A stretch of 49,114 bases of DNA from a virus (lineage: Duplodnaviria; Heunggongvirae; Uroviricota; Caudoviricetes): IMG/VR virus record IMGVR_UViG_2513237200_000008. One strand, given 5' to 3'. The notes beneath the pieces are model-generated. The model was not told the origin of the DNA, did no database searches, and saw nothing but the letters and a program-made list of their open reading frames with translations. Every line of letters begins with the position of its first letter. Within the stretch, counting starts at the first letter, position 1. Positions 19,387 to 29,294 of this stretch are shown here, piece by piece. Made by a program: the position numbers and the translations under genes.

Positions 19387-20415
19387 TTATGCGTATTTGG
19401 CAGACAACAGGGTGATCCCCTCAGGGCGGAAGTTCCAGCCCGGCGTCGCGCGCATCGTATACAACGTGGTCAGGCCGCCATCCGGCATAGGGGACGGAAT
19501 TTCCGTCGGCGCTGCCATATCACAGAACATCACGTTGACGGCCTGCTGGTTAGGTACCAGCGTGGAGAAAATATTGGTGTTAATGGTGTGACGCGCTTCC
19601 GGAACCTCAATCGTCGGGTTCGTAACGATGATCAGGTCATTACCACCAGCGCCTTTACCGATCAGCGTGTCATCCTGGCAGAAAATGATGTCGTCGCCTG
19701 TCGCCTTATCGGCGACGTCTTTAACCATCGTTCCCACCGTTCCGGTACCACCACCAGGACGCTGGTAATTGGTCAGCTCAACAATTCCTGTCCACTCCAG
19801 CGCCTTCATGAATCGCTGTGGGCTCAGAATAACAGTCGTTAATGGCTGCCCCAGCAGCAACATGCGGGTTTTCTGGTCAGCAATCAGGCCAAGCATAAAT
19901 TTAGCCATCTCACCGGAATCCCAGGTGGTATATGAATCATTCCCTTTGCTGTCGTTGCCCAGATTCAGCGTCACTGCGTTCGGGGAGTTGGTGATCCCCT
20001 CGTTATTAGCTGCATTCACGCCATACAGCAGCATATTACGCAACATTTGAGCGTGTCCCTGACGGTTAGCCAGGCGCAGGCCTTCAATCAGAGAATAGCC
20101 CCAGCGATCTGCTGCATCAGTATCGAGATAGCTGTATTGCGAGCGGGAAGAAATTCGGTAAGTCATCATTCCGTCATAGCCGCCAGAGATACTGGAAGAC
20201 GGTAACTGACCCGGCAGAGACTGGCTGACCTGCGCCTGCGAGGTCATGCGCAGATATTTCTGATAGACCATCAAATCACTGGAACTGATTTTTACCGCTG
20301 GAGCACCACCAGCCAGGACTTCAAACGCCCCGGAAGCCATGCTCTGTTGCACGATCATTTCCGGCAGCACCATTGACGGCGACACAATAGTAGTCGCAGG
20401 AGTAAATGCGCTCAT
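19387..20415 (-). CDS. Major capsid protein
   Basis: 342 aa; position after the scaffold/decoration genes and portal. Confidence 0.65.
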   Translation of the reverse strand: MSAFTPATTIVSPSMVLPEMIVQQSMASGAFEVLAGGAPAVKISSSDLMVYQKYLRMTSQAQVSQSLPGQLPSSSISGGYDGMMTYRISSRSQYSYLDTDAADRWGYSLIEGLRLANRQGHAQMLRNMLLYGVNAANNEGITNSPNAVTLNLGNDSKGNDSYTTWDSGEMAKFMLGLIADQKTRMLLLGQPLTTVILSPQRFMKALEWTGIVELTNYQRPGGGTGTVGTMVKDVADKATGDDIIFCQDDTLIGKGAGGNDLIIVTNPTIEVPEARHTINTNIFSTLVPNQQAVNVMFCDMAAPTEIPSPMPDGGLTTLYTMRATPGWNFRPEGITLLSAKYA

Positions 20416-20429
20416 TAATTAATATCCCC

Positions 20430-21047
20430 TTAAATTAAAAACAGGCCGCACGGTTTGCCGATTTCCCAGACAACGTTACCGCCATCCTCTTTTTTCACCG
20501 TCAGGTTTCCGTCAACTGAAACCATCAGCAGCTTAATATCCACTTTCGGATTAGCGCCGGGTGATCCCGAATAAACATCAACCATGTTTTTCGTCAGATC
20601 CCACACAAAACCACTGGCAGCAACGGTGTTATTTCCATCAGCCAGCGCAACAACTTCTGCACTGACAGGGAGAGGAATGCGGGCACCTGAGCCAACGCGG
20701 TAATAGTGAACAAAGCCACCCGCGAGATATAACGGCACCGGATTATCCGGCGTGGTAATGCCATGAAATGCCTGATTAAAGACAGTAAAGGCGTTACAGG
20801 CGTCCTTCGTGGCTTGTTTAATTACCGCGCCGTTAACGCTGTCTTTCGCGGGAGCAATGCACTCCATAACTCCAACGCCACCCCATACCGGTTCAGTGAT
20901 TTTGCTGTCCAGTCGACCGGAGCAAAGTTGCAGACGAATTGCCGGATCATCCTGCGCATCCCCCTGCATCAGCCCACGGGATTCGACGTTAAAAAGGCCA
21001 CCAAATGCTCCACGGTTTTTAAACGGATGAAAGTTAATATCAGCCAT
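20430..21047 (-). CDS. Capsid-associated structural protein (decoration or minor capsid)
   Basis: 205-aa ORF between the scaffold-like and major capsid genes. Confidence 0.45.
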   Translation of the reverse strand: MADINFHPFKNRGAFGGLFNVESRGLMQGDAQDDPAIRLQLCSGRLDSKITEPVWGGVGVMECIAPAKDSVNGAVIKQATKDACNAFTVFNQAFHGITTPDNPVPLYLAGGFVHYYRVGSGARIPLPVSAEVVALADGNNTVAASGFVWDLTKNMVDVYSGSPGANPKVDIKLLMVSVDGNLTVKKEDGGNVVWEIGKPCGLFLI

Positions 21048-22362
21048 TGTTCAGGCTCCCTTGAGTGTTAATTTTTGCCAGACGACGCCCCGGAATTTTG
21101 AAAGCACTCAGCCAGACGTTCGGATCGCCCTGATATTCAGTAATGCGACGTCCGGCTTCATCGTTGCGGATACGTTTATGCAGTTGCCCCTGCGTACTCA
21201 TCATTTCTTTTTCGATGGACTGACGGGCGGCACTAAAAATTGCGTCCTCAAGCACAGCCAGCGTTGCAGAATCCGCAATCGCGCGAATATTGACGTCCTT
21301 ATGTGCCGGAGAGTGTTTCTGCATAGCGATTAGCGCACGCTTGCGGTAGTCCAGCGCATTTTCACCAGAAAACGGTGCTGGCGCGTTTTTACCGCAGGCA
21401 CTGAATGCGGAGTCGGCTTTTGCCTGTGCTTCTGCCAGGGCTGAGTCATTGCGTTCTTTTTCTGCCTCCTCGGCAGCCTTACGCTGTTCTTCCGCTTCGG
21501 AATCAGCCTTTGCTTTCTCCTCAGCGTCTTTAGCTGCCGCCTCGTCAGCTTTGGCTTTTTCTTCCGCCTCCTTTGCCGCAGCTTCATCAGCTTTACGTTG
21601 TTCCTCTGCGGCTTCATCGGCTTTGGCCTTTTCTTCGGCCTCTTTTTTCGCCTGTTCTTCGGCATCCGCCCGCGCTTTGTCCCGCTGCTCCAGTGAGTCC
21701 ATGCGCGTAACGACACCATCGATTTTCTGATTAATGCCTTGCAGGGCATCGCTCACAACCCCCTGTAACAGGGCCTGGAGTTCTTCTTTTTCCATCTCGA
21801 TTTCACCTGTGTTTGTCACTTCAACCCCTGCGGGGATCCGGTCTTTATCCCACACGCCCAGCGAGCCGTGGGCTTTCGTCACCAGGGCGATGTGATCAAC
21901 CAGGAAAGGAACGCCCTCGATTAAAAAATTGGTGTCACCTTCCTGTACTTCCACATTTCCTGATGTGCTGTTGAACACCACCGACGGACTTGTCGAAACA
22001 TCCCCCTCAGTGATTTCTTCAACAATGCTCTGGAGGTAAACGCGGCACACCGCCCATACCTCATCACCCCGGATATACGGCAGCATGACGCTACCGACGA
22101 TCCGCGATTTAAAATCCTCCTCCGTCAGAACTGCGTCGTCAGGATGGTTTGTGATAACCGGAAGGCCATTGCATCGCCTTAAAAATTCCTCGTTCAGATA
22201 GAGCTTTGGATCACGCCAGACGTGCTCTTTCAGCCCGGCGCGATAGGCAAGCCCGGTTCCGGTTATGCGCAAATTCACCAACCACATGTTGGAGAATTTC
22301 ACCGGAGACGGTACGGTTCCGTCCCTGATGCGTTCTGCCACTTCAAGCTCGGTTAAACTCAC
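21040..22362 (-). CDS. Scaffold/prohead protease-like protein with a Lys/Glu/Ala-rich repeat region
   Basis: 440 aa; central low-complexity coiled-coil (AEEKAKADEAAAKE repeats); position after the head morphogenesis gene. Confidence 0.5.
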   Translation of the reverse strand: MSLTELEVAERIRDGTVPSPVKFSNMWLVNLRITGTGLAYRAGLKEHVWRDPKLYLNEEFLRRCNGLPVITNHPDDAVLTEEDFKSRIVGSVMLPYIRGDEVWAVCRVYLQSIVEEITEGDVSTSPSVVFNSTSGNVEVQEGDTNFLIEGVPFLVDHIALVTKAHGSLGVWDKDRIPAGVEVTNTGEIEMEKEELQALLQGVVSDALQGINQKIDGVVTRMDSLEQRDKARADAEEQAKKEAEEKAKADEAAEEQRKADEAAAKEAEEKAKADEAAAKDAEEKAKADSEAEEQRKAAEEAEKERNDSALAEAQAKADSAFSACGKNAPAPFSGENALDYRKRALIAMQKHSPAHKDVNIRAIADSATLAVLEDAIFSAARQSIEKEMMSTQGQLHKRIRNDEAGRRITEYQGDPNVWLSAFKIPGRRLAKINTQGSLNNG

Positions 22363-23176
22363 GTTTGCCCTTCTCCGTTAAAAATTCGTCGGGTAGTTTC
22401 TGAGGGGCGTAGATCGGCAGAGCATCGCAACTGCAATAAACCTCCTCCCCGGCAGCAGTGATTTCGTCATAAAAACCATATACGGGCTTAATAAGCCCCT
22501 GCTCCAGCGCCCACGAATCGCGGAGGAGATAAATTTTCTCGTCGCGCTCTTTGTGGTCCTGTCGGTATTTGTAGCCCGGACGCCGCCAGTTAGAATGCCA
22601 GCGCAGAGCAATCGCACCACTCTGAACAGCCAGCAGATACTTAACGTTGCTCGCCAGCTTATGTCCCTGGTCAATTGCCACCCGGCGACTGATAAAATCC
22701 ATATCCTTCACGGACTTCTGAAAACCGGCCTTCACTTCCCGGCGATCAATTTCGCTCACCCCGTCAGGCGGAATGGACGTAACCCATCCCTGAAAACGCT
22801 GTATGGTTTTCTCGATAGCCTGTTCGCGGTTGAGTTTTATCAGGTTGGCACTGGCGAAAATTCGCCTGTCTAGTTCCTTGCGAAACTCAGGTTTCAGTTT
22901 TTCAACAGTGATTTTTTTAGGGCCGTCAGGAGGCTGATCCCGTAATGCCCCGCCGTCGATGACAAGACGGCTGTAGATAGCGGTGAGGTGTTTTCTGGCT
23001 ACGGTATCATCAGGGGTTTCTCGCTGAGCGGCTACACGGAGTTTCCGGCACCATTCGAGCAATGATTTTTCGCTATCCCACCCGTGATTTACGTAGTAGT
23101 TAACGGCATCCGTCAGAACCTCATATAGCGTCCTGATCCGTTTCTTCTCCCTCACCGCCCGGCTGGAAATTGCCAT
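22343..23176 (-). CDS. Head morphogenesis protein (Mu F-like / SPP1 gp7-like); start placed at the Met with an AGGAGA RBS
   Basis: ORF directly downstream of the portal gene, overlapping its 3' end. Confidence 0.55.
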   Translation of the reverse strand: MAISSRAVREKKRIRTLYEVLTDAVNYYVNHGWDSEKSLLEWCRKLRVAAQRETPDDTVARKHLTAIYSRLVIDGGALRDQPPDGPKKITVEKLKPEFRKELDRRIFASANLIKLNREQAIEKTIQRFQGWVTSIPPDGVSEIDRREVKAGFQKSVKDMDFISRRVAIDQGHKLASNVKYLLAVQSGAIALRWHSNWRRPGYKYRQDHKERDEKIYLLRDSWALEQGLIKPVYGFYDEITAAGEEVYCSCDALPIYAPQKLPDEFLTEKGKREFNRA

Positions 23177-24560
23177 CAGGCGTCTCCTGCTTCGGTGGTT
23201 CATAATTCGCCAGCGCGTCCACATCAATGATGAGTGGAGCTTCGCCATAGGTTTGCGTGGCATTAACAAGGCTTGCCAGCCATTCAGTGACGGCGGCACG
23301 GTTTTCAGGATCAACCTGTGGCGACACGGCAGAGAAAAGTGCTATCGCCTGTTGAATCACTTTACTGTCGCTTTCCCGGCGTTTGTCCGGCGACTCCTCC
23401 ACCAGCTCCTGCCATGTCGCGGTAAATTCACGTCGCCACTGGTAAAACGTGGTTTTATAGTCATCAGTTATGATGTCCGGGTAATCATTTTTCAGCGACT
23501 GATAAAATTCCTCGTTCCAGGCGATGTACTGCACCAGGCGTTCGAAATAATCCATCACGGGTTCAATCTGCTGGCGTACACCATCGATATACTGGCTGAT
23601 GGCTTTCGAATCTTCGGTCCCCTCACCGAAACCATTCGAAAAGGCTTCCTCTTTGATGAGGATCGCCGGAACGTCACTCCCTGACGCAATATCGGAAATA
23701 ATATTGTCGCGTGCAGCGTTTAGCGCACCATCGATGTTTTGTAGATTTAGCGAGGTAACGTCCTCATCCTTCCCGATACTAAGCACACCTTTATTTTTTG
23801 CCTCTTTGACGTATTCCCTTTTTCGTCCCGTGGCGGCAGCCATGATCCCGTCAAGTTTCGAACCGTACTGCACAACTTTAGCTACCAGTACGCCCGCCTT
23901 CTGGCTGACGAGATCATTCGCCTCCATCGTGTTGATATAGGATTTCAGGGAATAAAGAACGCGCTGAAACACACTTCGTCCGGTGAATCCGAACGATGAA
24001 CTCTGAAACTCCAGATAAATCGGTGTGCCGTTGAAGATTTTCAGTGTGCGTGACGGATGCCAGTCTTTCCCACCAATCTTCAGTTTTTTATTGGCTTCCT
24101 GGAAAAACGGGCTGTTGGGGTTCTGGTCAGTCACCATCGAACCGGAAGCGTTCAACGGGTCCCACGCGTTGATATACACGTCATCTTCTGTCAGTCCGAA
24201 CGTCGGAAGCGGTTCACGACATGGAACGCTGTCGGTGCCCACGCCGATCGCTGCAGCACCGTAGCAACGAGACAGAAAAAACAGATTTTTAATCTTCTCG
24301 TTGACCTTCATGCGTTCCCATACCTCCTGAAAACGCCGCACAACCCTCTCGTCAGGGTCTGTCTCCACGTTATACTGGCGCGGCTTACACATCGCCATCA
24401 GTATGGGTTTTTCGACAAGTTTTCCGCCCAGAGGATGGAATTGCCACAGCTGCTTACACAATTCATAGCCAATGTCGGTTCCCGGCTGAATTTCTTCAGC
24501 CTCAAGAATATGCATCAGTGCTGAACCGAGGCCGCCAGTAATCTCGATCTCTGCCATCAA
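23121..24560 (-). CDS. Portal protein
   Basis: 479 aa, immediately downstream of terminase large subunit; acidic C-terminus. Confidence 0.7.
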   Translation of the reverse strand: MMAEIEITGGLGSALMHILEAEEIQPGTDIGYELCKQLWQFHPLGGKLVEKPILMAMCKPRQYNVETDPDERVVRRFQEVWERMKVNEKIKNLFFLSRCYGAAAIGVGTDSVPCREPLPTFGLTEDDVYINAWDPLNASGSMVTDQNPNSPFFQEANKKLKIGGKDWHPSRTLKIFNGTPIYLEFQSSSFGFTGRSVFQRVLYSLKSYINTMEANDLVSQKAGVLVAKVVQYGSKLDGIMAAATGRKREYVKEAKNKGVLSIGKDEDVTSLNLQNIDGALNAARDNIISDIASGSDVPAILIKEEAFSNGFGEGTEDSKAISQYIDGVRQQIEPVMDYFERLVQYIAWNEEFYQSLKNDYPDIITDDYKTTFYQWRREFTATWQELVEESPDKRRESDSKVIQQAIALFSAVSPQVDPENRAAVTEWLASLVNATQTYGEAPLIIDVDALANYEPPKQETPDGNFQPGGEGEETDQDAI

Positions 24561-24575
24561 AAATATCCTGATTTT

Positions 24576-25514
24576 TTACAACGCCGCGTAATTACCGTGC
24601 GCGATAATCAATCCATAGGTATAACAATCGAAAAGGTCATCAGCACGTTTATGCGCGTCTTTGTCTGCCAGGTGGAACCCGGCGATTTGTTTAATGAGGT
24701 GGTTTGCGGTGGTACGTTTGAATGAAACGGTCTTGTCGTAAGCCTCCCGGACGATTTTGCACATCCCCTGATAGTGGTAGCTGGATGCCATCACCGCCCG
24801 TTCGTCTTTACCTTTGCTGGTCAGTGCCGATTTAATCGGCGTCATATCCCAGCCTTCGGTTTCCGCCTTCTGGTTGAGGATTGCCCCCATCGCGGCGTCT
24901 TCCATAAAAATTCCCTGGCTGCCCAGACGCGGACGGCATAATTTCGCGAGGCGCTCGAGGTTGTCATAAACGCCGGGGATATATTCAGGAAGCAATGACG
25001 CTTTAATTTGCGTCACATCCCAGTCAATAATCGTCAGTTTTGGCTCGTCCGAATACGTTGACTCATAAGCGAAATACACCACGCCAGTACCATCATTTTC
25101 GGTCCCGCCTTTCAACGCCGTATCCATCACTGCGAAAATCATGTCGCAGTGCGGCGGCATCTCGACCGGCTGACCGTCCACCAGCAGCTTATCGACATCG
25201 AGTAACGCATCTTTGGACCAGTCCACGAACTCGGCAAGATATTCCTGCTGCCAGACGCGCGGATCGGATTTCTTCTCCGTTTCCTCTAGTTCTTCTTTCG
25301 GAATGTACGGATTCGACGAAGTTGGCGCATGGTGCATGACAAATCCCAGGGATTCATCGTGGCATATCGCGTAGAAAAAAATTGCTCTCGTCGATGCCGT
25401 TTGGTGTGGAAAATACCCACGCACAGCCGCGGTAATCGACAAGCGTCGGGCGTATAGCGCGGGGCCAGATTTCCTCGAGCATTTCCGGCGATTTAGTGAA
25501 TGCGGCCTCATCAA
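24576..25514 (-). CDS. Terminase large subunit, C-terminal (nuclease) portion; frame-shifted relative to the N-terminal part
   Basis: 312-aa ORF overlapping the N-terminal ATPase ORF by about 160 nt; frames join if an A7 run (25375-25381, + strand) is one base shorter. Confidence 0.65.
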   Translation of the reverse strand: MMRPHSLNRRKCSRKSGPALYARRLSITAAVRGYFPHQTASTRAIFFYAICHDESLGFVMHHAPTSSNPYIPKEELEETEKKSDPRVWQQEYLAEFVDWSKDALLDVDKLLVDGQPVEMPPHCDMIFAVMDTALKGGTENDGTGVVYFAYESTYSDEPKLTIIDWDVTQIKASLLPEYIPGVYDNLERLAKLCRPRLGSQGIFMEDAAMGAILNQKAETEGWDMTPIKSALTSKGKDERAVMASSYHYQGMCKIVREAYDKTVSFKRTTANHLIKQIAGFHLADKDAHKRADDLFDCYTYGLIIAHGNYAAL

Positions 25515-25905
25515 TCAGCACAGCGTGATATTTACGCCCACGCCCGGCCAGTTTGTTATTGTCCGTTACCCAAAAGTCGATGCGCCCCCCATTACGGAGA
25601 ATGATGCGCTTTTCATTTTTTGACTGACTGAGGATCAGCGGTTGCAGAACGGCGCTAATTTCATCCCAGATTTCCTGGTACTGGCGGTATTGCGCGGTAA
25701 AAATCCCCACCCTACCCGCGATAAGTTGCCCGGTGGTAGGAACGGCAAATTTCCGCGTAGCGAAACTGGTAGCGATGTTCACCAGCATCACCGTTTTACC
25801 CCAGCGACGACCACAGCATACCGCGTGGAAGCGTTCCTCTATTGCCGCCGTCCATGCAGCTATTTGCCCCTCATGAGGTTTTGGGAGGTAGATTTCAATC
25901 GACAT
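25354..25905 (-). CDS. Terminase large subunit, N-terminal ATPase portion
   Basis: Walker A-like CCGRRWGKT and Walker B-like YHAVLIDEAAF motifs. Confidence 0.7.
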   Translation of the reverse strand: MSIEIYLPKPHEGQIAAWTAAIEERFHAVCCGRRWGKTVMLVNIATSFATRKFAVPTTGQLIAGRVGIFTAQYRQYQEIWDEISAVLQPLILSQSKNEKRIILRNGGRIDFWVTDNNKLAGRGRKYHAVLIDEAAFTKSPEMLEEIWPRAIRPTLVDYRGCAWVFSTPNGIDESNFFLRDMPR

Positions 25906-26986
25906 TATCCACTCCCGGCATCGGCAGAGAGTTGTGGATAATTATTTCGTTATTCTCACCACCCACGCCTTTTTTGAGGTTTTCAATCTCAGTGCGCAGC
26001 TTTTCGTTGCGAAGCCTCAGTCCTTCAAGCTCCAGATCATTGCGACTGTCAGTTGCACCACCAGCAGAACTTCCTTTCGTCGCCATTATCAGCTTGATAA
26101 GTTCGCGCCGGGCGGCAGCCTTATCCTCCAGCAGAATCTCAACACCAAATTTCCCGAGCTTTGCCCCTGCATATAATTGTCGCGCATCCCCATCAAGCAG
26201 AGTGGTATCAGCCATATAAAGCTGTCCCGTTCCCTCACCGCAGCACTTCGGACAATCCGGATTAGGTATGGCGTTATCAACAAAGCCGAGGCCTCCATAT
26301 TCCGGTTCAGGTTTGCCATCTCTGGAAGCCTGTGCCGCTGCGTTGTCGAATTCTGCTATATCGCGCCACTGGTAGAGATGATTCTCGCCCCAGCAATAAC
26401 GACAGTTAACACGGCGAAATTGTGCCAACTGATTGGGGTCGGCCTGGACAATGGCCATCAACTGACTCACCAGTAAATCCAGGTCTGCGGTATAGCGTTT
26501 CTGGTACTGATTGCGGAAGTAGCTGATGGCACGATAAACCTTAGGATTTCTTAGGAGCTGGCTGGCGGTTACGTAGGCCGCATTCCCCTCTGACTCGTAT
26601 CCTGCCAGGCGATATGCCTCAACGAGTTTTTTCCCCTGGGCAACCAGCATTGCGAATTTCGCCTGCTGGTCTGAAATACCGAATTCATCGGGACAGAACG
26701 AAATTTCTTCCGCATCGCCCTCATTCAGGTACGCATCGGATACTGGCTTTTTTTCCTGAGATTTTCCGTTCCGCTTTTGCACAGTCTGCGCAGGTTTTTT
26801 CTGCGCACTTTTTTGCGCAGTTTTGCGCAATTCTGCCTGCGCATTTTTCGGAGGTTTTTTGATATAACGACGGGCTGTTGCGTAATTCAGTTCCCTTGCT
26901 TCACACCATGCCACCGGAGATATACCGGAGCGGGTGTATTCAGCAATATACTCCTGCTGCAACGCCCCCCAGTCCGGTCTGCTCAT
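25895..26986 (-). CDS. Terminase small subunit-like protein
   Basis: 363-aa ORF immediately upstream of terminase large subunit with stop/start overlap. Confidence 0.5.
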   Translation of the reverse strand: MSRPDWGALQQEYIAEYTRSGISPVAWCEARELNYATARRYIKKPPKNAQAELRKTAQKSAQKKPAQTVQKRNGKSQEKKPVSDAYLNEGDAEEISFCPDEFGISDQQAKFAMLVAQGKKLVEAYRLAGYESEGNAAYVTASQLLRNPKVYRAISYFRNQYQKRYTADLDLLVSQLMAIVQADPNQLAQFRRVNCRYCWGENHLYQWRDIAEFDNAAAQASRDGKPEPEYGGLGFVDNAIPNPDCPKCCGEGTGQLYMADTTLLDGDARQLYAGAKLGKFGVEILLEDKAAARRELIKLIMATKGSSAGGATDSRNDLELEGLRLRNEKLRTEIENLKKGVGGENNEIIIHNSLPMPGVDNVD

Positions 26987-26989
26987 CAG

Positions 26990-27241
26990 TTAATCCTGAT
27001 TTTTATCCACCCTGAGTAGTTCGCGCAGGGCAAAGGCATCCCCTTTTCTGGCAAGCTTAAACAATGCCGCCCGTAGCTCGGCTTCACCTTTCGCTCTGCC
27101 CTTACGGATGGACGCATAAAAATTTGTCATTGCTTCCCGATTTTCTTTCAGTCGGTTCAGATCAACATCCAGAACGTCAGCGATTTGTTGTGCAGTCATC
27201 CGGCACGCTGCCAGAGACTCGACTTTCGAATACGGAATCAT
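26990..27241 (-). CDS. Small hypothetical protein (possibly DNA-binding)
   Basis: 83-aa ORF upstream of the terminase small subunit. Confidence 0.3.
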   Translation of the reverse strand: MIPYSKVESLAACRMTAQQIADVLDVDLNRLKENREAMTNFYASIRKGRAKGEAELRAALFKLARKGDAFALRELLRVDKNQD

Positions 27242-28127
27242 TTGTCACCCCCATTGATATGCAGGGTGTCTTCTTCCTGTATTTTTCGTGAAGGATTTTT
27301 ACTGCAGCGTTGTTCCAGGTGACCTGATGGTGAATGCGTTTATGGCTGGCACCCATCAGTGAGATTTTTACACACGACGGCGCATACATGACGGAGTAAA
27401 AACTTTTAACGTAGGTTCCGGAATCCAGATACAGCTCGGTCATTCCGCCGCTGTTTTTCTGCGTCTGTTTCTGCCCTAACTGGACAGCACCGATCGTCAT
27501 AAACAATTCACCACAGCGACCGAGATTCGTGTACGTATTCACATCCTCGTTAATGCGCCCCATGAATGAGAACGGTCGATCAACCGAACAGATAAAGCTG
27601 TTCATTGCCTTGCGTTTCACCCACGAAGCATGGCCGCCATTGTCACCAAGAAAATCCCCGCCCTGCGACATAGCGATGGAAAGCGCAGGTATTGATTCGT
27701 AGTACGCCAGCATTTCAGAAAGGATCGCATCCAGTTTTCTTATCGGGAAATAGGCCTGGTCATAGTTGCGATCCACCCGAAACTGGAACTCGTGATAATC
27801 ATCATCGAGCTGAATGAAGTATTTACACCCGACCAGTTTTACCAGGTCGAAACAGGCATTACGGGCGTAAAAAATTGAGCGGCGATCACCGAAATTATCG
27901 GCTTCGTCAAAACGACTGGCTATATCGGCTTTGGAAAACACCAGCACCTGTTCACCAAATTCAGCTATGTACTGATGCCGTGTCTTATCTTCATCATCAA
28001 CAACGATAAAAACTTTCCCGGTATAGCCAGCACGACGCAACGTCCGGTAAGTCAGAACTTTGTCCGGGCGCCCGTGAGTCAGAATAAAGGCGCAAAAATC
28101 ATCACGCATATTCCTCCTCCCCGCCAT
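27177..28127 (-). CDS. Hypothetical protein with a possible GT-A-like DxD motif, partner of the ParB-like nuclease
   Basis: 316 aa; DDD motif (QLDDDYHEF) about 110 residues in; overlaps the ParB-like gene stop; fold assignment is inferred. Confidence 0.45.
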   Translation of the reverse strand: MAGRRNMRDDFCAFILTHGRPDKVLTYRTLRRAGYTGKVFIVVDDEDKTRHQYIAEFGEQVLVFSKADIASRFDEADNFGDRRSIFYARNACFDLVKLVGCKYFIQLDDDYHEFQFRVDRNYDQAYFPIRKLDAILSEMLAYYESIPALSIAMSQGGDFLGDNGGHASWVKRKAMNSFICSVDRPFSFMGRINEDVNTYTNLGRCGELFMTIGAVQLGQKQTQKNSGGMTELYLDSGTYVKSFYSVMYAPSCVKISLMGASHKRIHHQVTWNNAAVKILHEKYRKKTPCISMGVTNDSVFESRVSGSVPDDCTTNR

Positions 28128-28890
28128 GCATGATCTCCACCATGCGCTGCGTCATCCGGACAAATCCATTTTCAATAGCCTGCTGATAATCAATGATCAC
28201 CAGCGCCGACTCCTCGAAAAGGCACTGAATTTCAGCGGGAGCGTGAGCGTAATAGTCCGCAATTCTGCTGAAATTAAACACCGTATGACGTTCTGCCGCA
28301 CACAGGAGGAATTTCTCAATATCAGGATCAAGGGACGCCGAACGTATCCGGCTGATCAACTCCTGAGTTTTCGTATCGTCGTACAGTTCACTGATATCTG
28401 GTTTATCGCCCGACGGCTCATAAACAGGCGTATCAATTTTCGTCGTGTACGGCTCCTCCTCATTTCCTGTACCTGGCAAAACATCCGTCAACAATTCATC
28501 AATTTCTGTTGGGCTGAATCCTGTCAGGGAGACATCAAAATCAGCATTGATTAGGTCCGACAGCTCCATCCGTAACAGATCTTCATCCCAGCCAGCATTC
28601 ATCGGCAGGCGATTATCTGCCAGGCGGTACGCCTTTTTTTGGTCATCCGTCAGACCAGACAGAACAATGACCGGAACCGAATCCATTTTGAGCACTTCAG
28701 CCGCCATAACACGACCGTGACCCGCAATAATTTCGCCCTTTTCATCAATCAGCACTGGATTAGTCCAGCCGAATTGCTTAATGCTTTCTACCAGTTGTGC
28801 CACCTGCTCAGGGCTGTGTGTCCTGGCATTGTGTGCATACGGAGATAGTTCTTGTAACGGGCGATAGACGATCTTCAATTTCTCGCTCAT
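28102..28890 (-). CDS. ParB-like nuclease domain protein
   Basis: 262 aa; N-terminal region (YRPLQELSPYAHNARTHSPEQVAQLVESIKQFGWTNPVLI ... GHGRVMAA) typical of ParB/Srx N-terminal domains. Confidence 0.65.
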   Translation of the reverse strand: MSEKLKIVYRPLQELSPYAHNARTHSPEQVAQLVESIKQFGWTNPVLIDEKGEIIAGHGRVMAAEVLKMDSVPVIVLSGLTDDQKKAYRLADNRLPMNAGWDEDLLRMELSDLINADFDVSLTGFSPTEIDELLTDVLPGTGNEEEPYTTKIDTPVYEPSGDKPDISELYDDTKTQELISRIRSASLDPDIEKFLLCAAERHTVFNFSRIADYYAHAPAEIQCLFEESALVIIDYQQAIENGFVRMTQRMVEIMHGGEEEYA

Positions 28891-29013
28891 ACAGCCTCGC
28901 TTTATGAATAAAAAAGCCCGCTATCGGCCAGTGCGCTGGGTGCGCGGCGGGTGCTGATAACGAGCTTTGACATTATCGCAGCCCCTCACACTGAAGGGCT
29001 GCTGTAATGCCTG

Positions 29014-29121
29014 TTACTCACGAATCAAACGAGCATGCTGACTACTCATTTCAATGCGTAAGTATTGTGGCTTGCCGTCAATCAACGCGGTGATTAACTT
29101 GTCACCTGTAGGTTTCCACAT
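29014..29121 (-). CDS. Small hypothetical ORF (35 aa)
   Basis: Found by manual translation; AGGAGA RBS. Confidence 0.2.
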   Translation of the reverse strand: MWKPTGDKLITALIDGKPQYLRIEMSSQHARLIRE

Positions 29122-29294
29122 AATTTTCTCCTGTTTTAATGCCCCTTGCCGCCAGGCAGTTGATCAAAGTTCATCTTGATTCGGCAAGATTTAGAATGAA
29201 TAAGATAAAATTGGCACACGCAGCAGAATTTCATGCTTTCCGGACGCTGGCGCACCCTTCATTTTTCAGCAAAATATTCTGCTATTACAGGCGA

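Noticed and set aside
21449-21730. 93-aa + strand ORF rich in Ser/Ala
   Set aside because: Mirror image of the Lys/Glu/Ala repeat in the scaffold-like gene; artefact of the repeat
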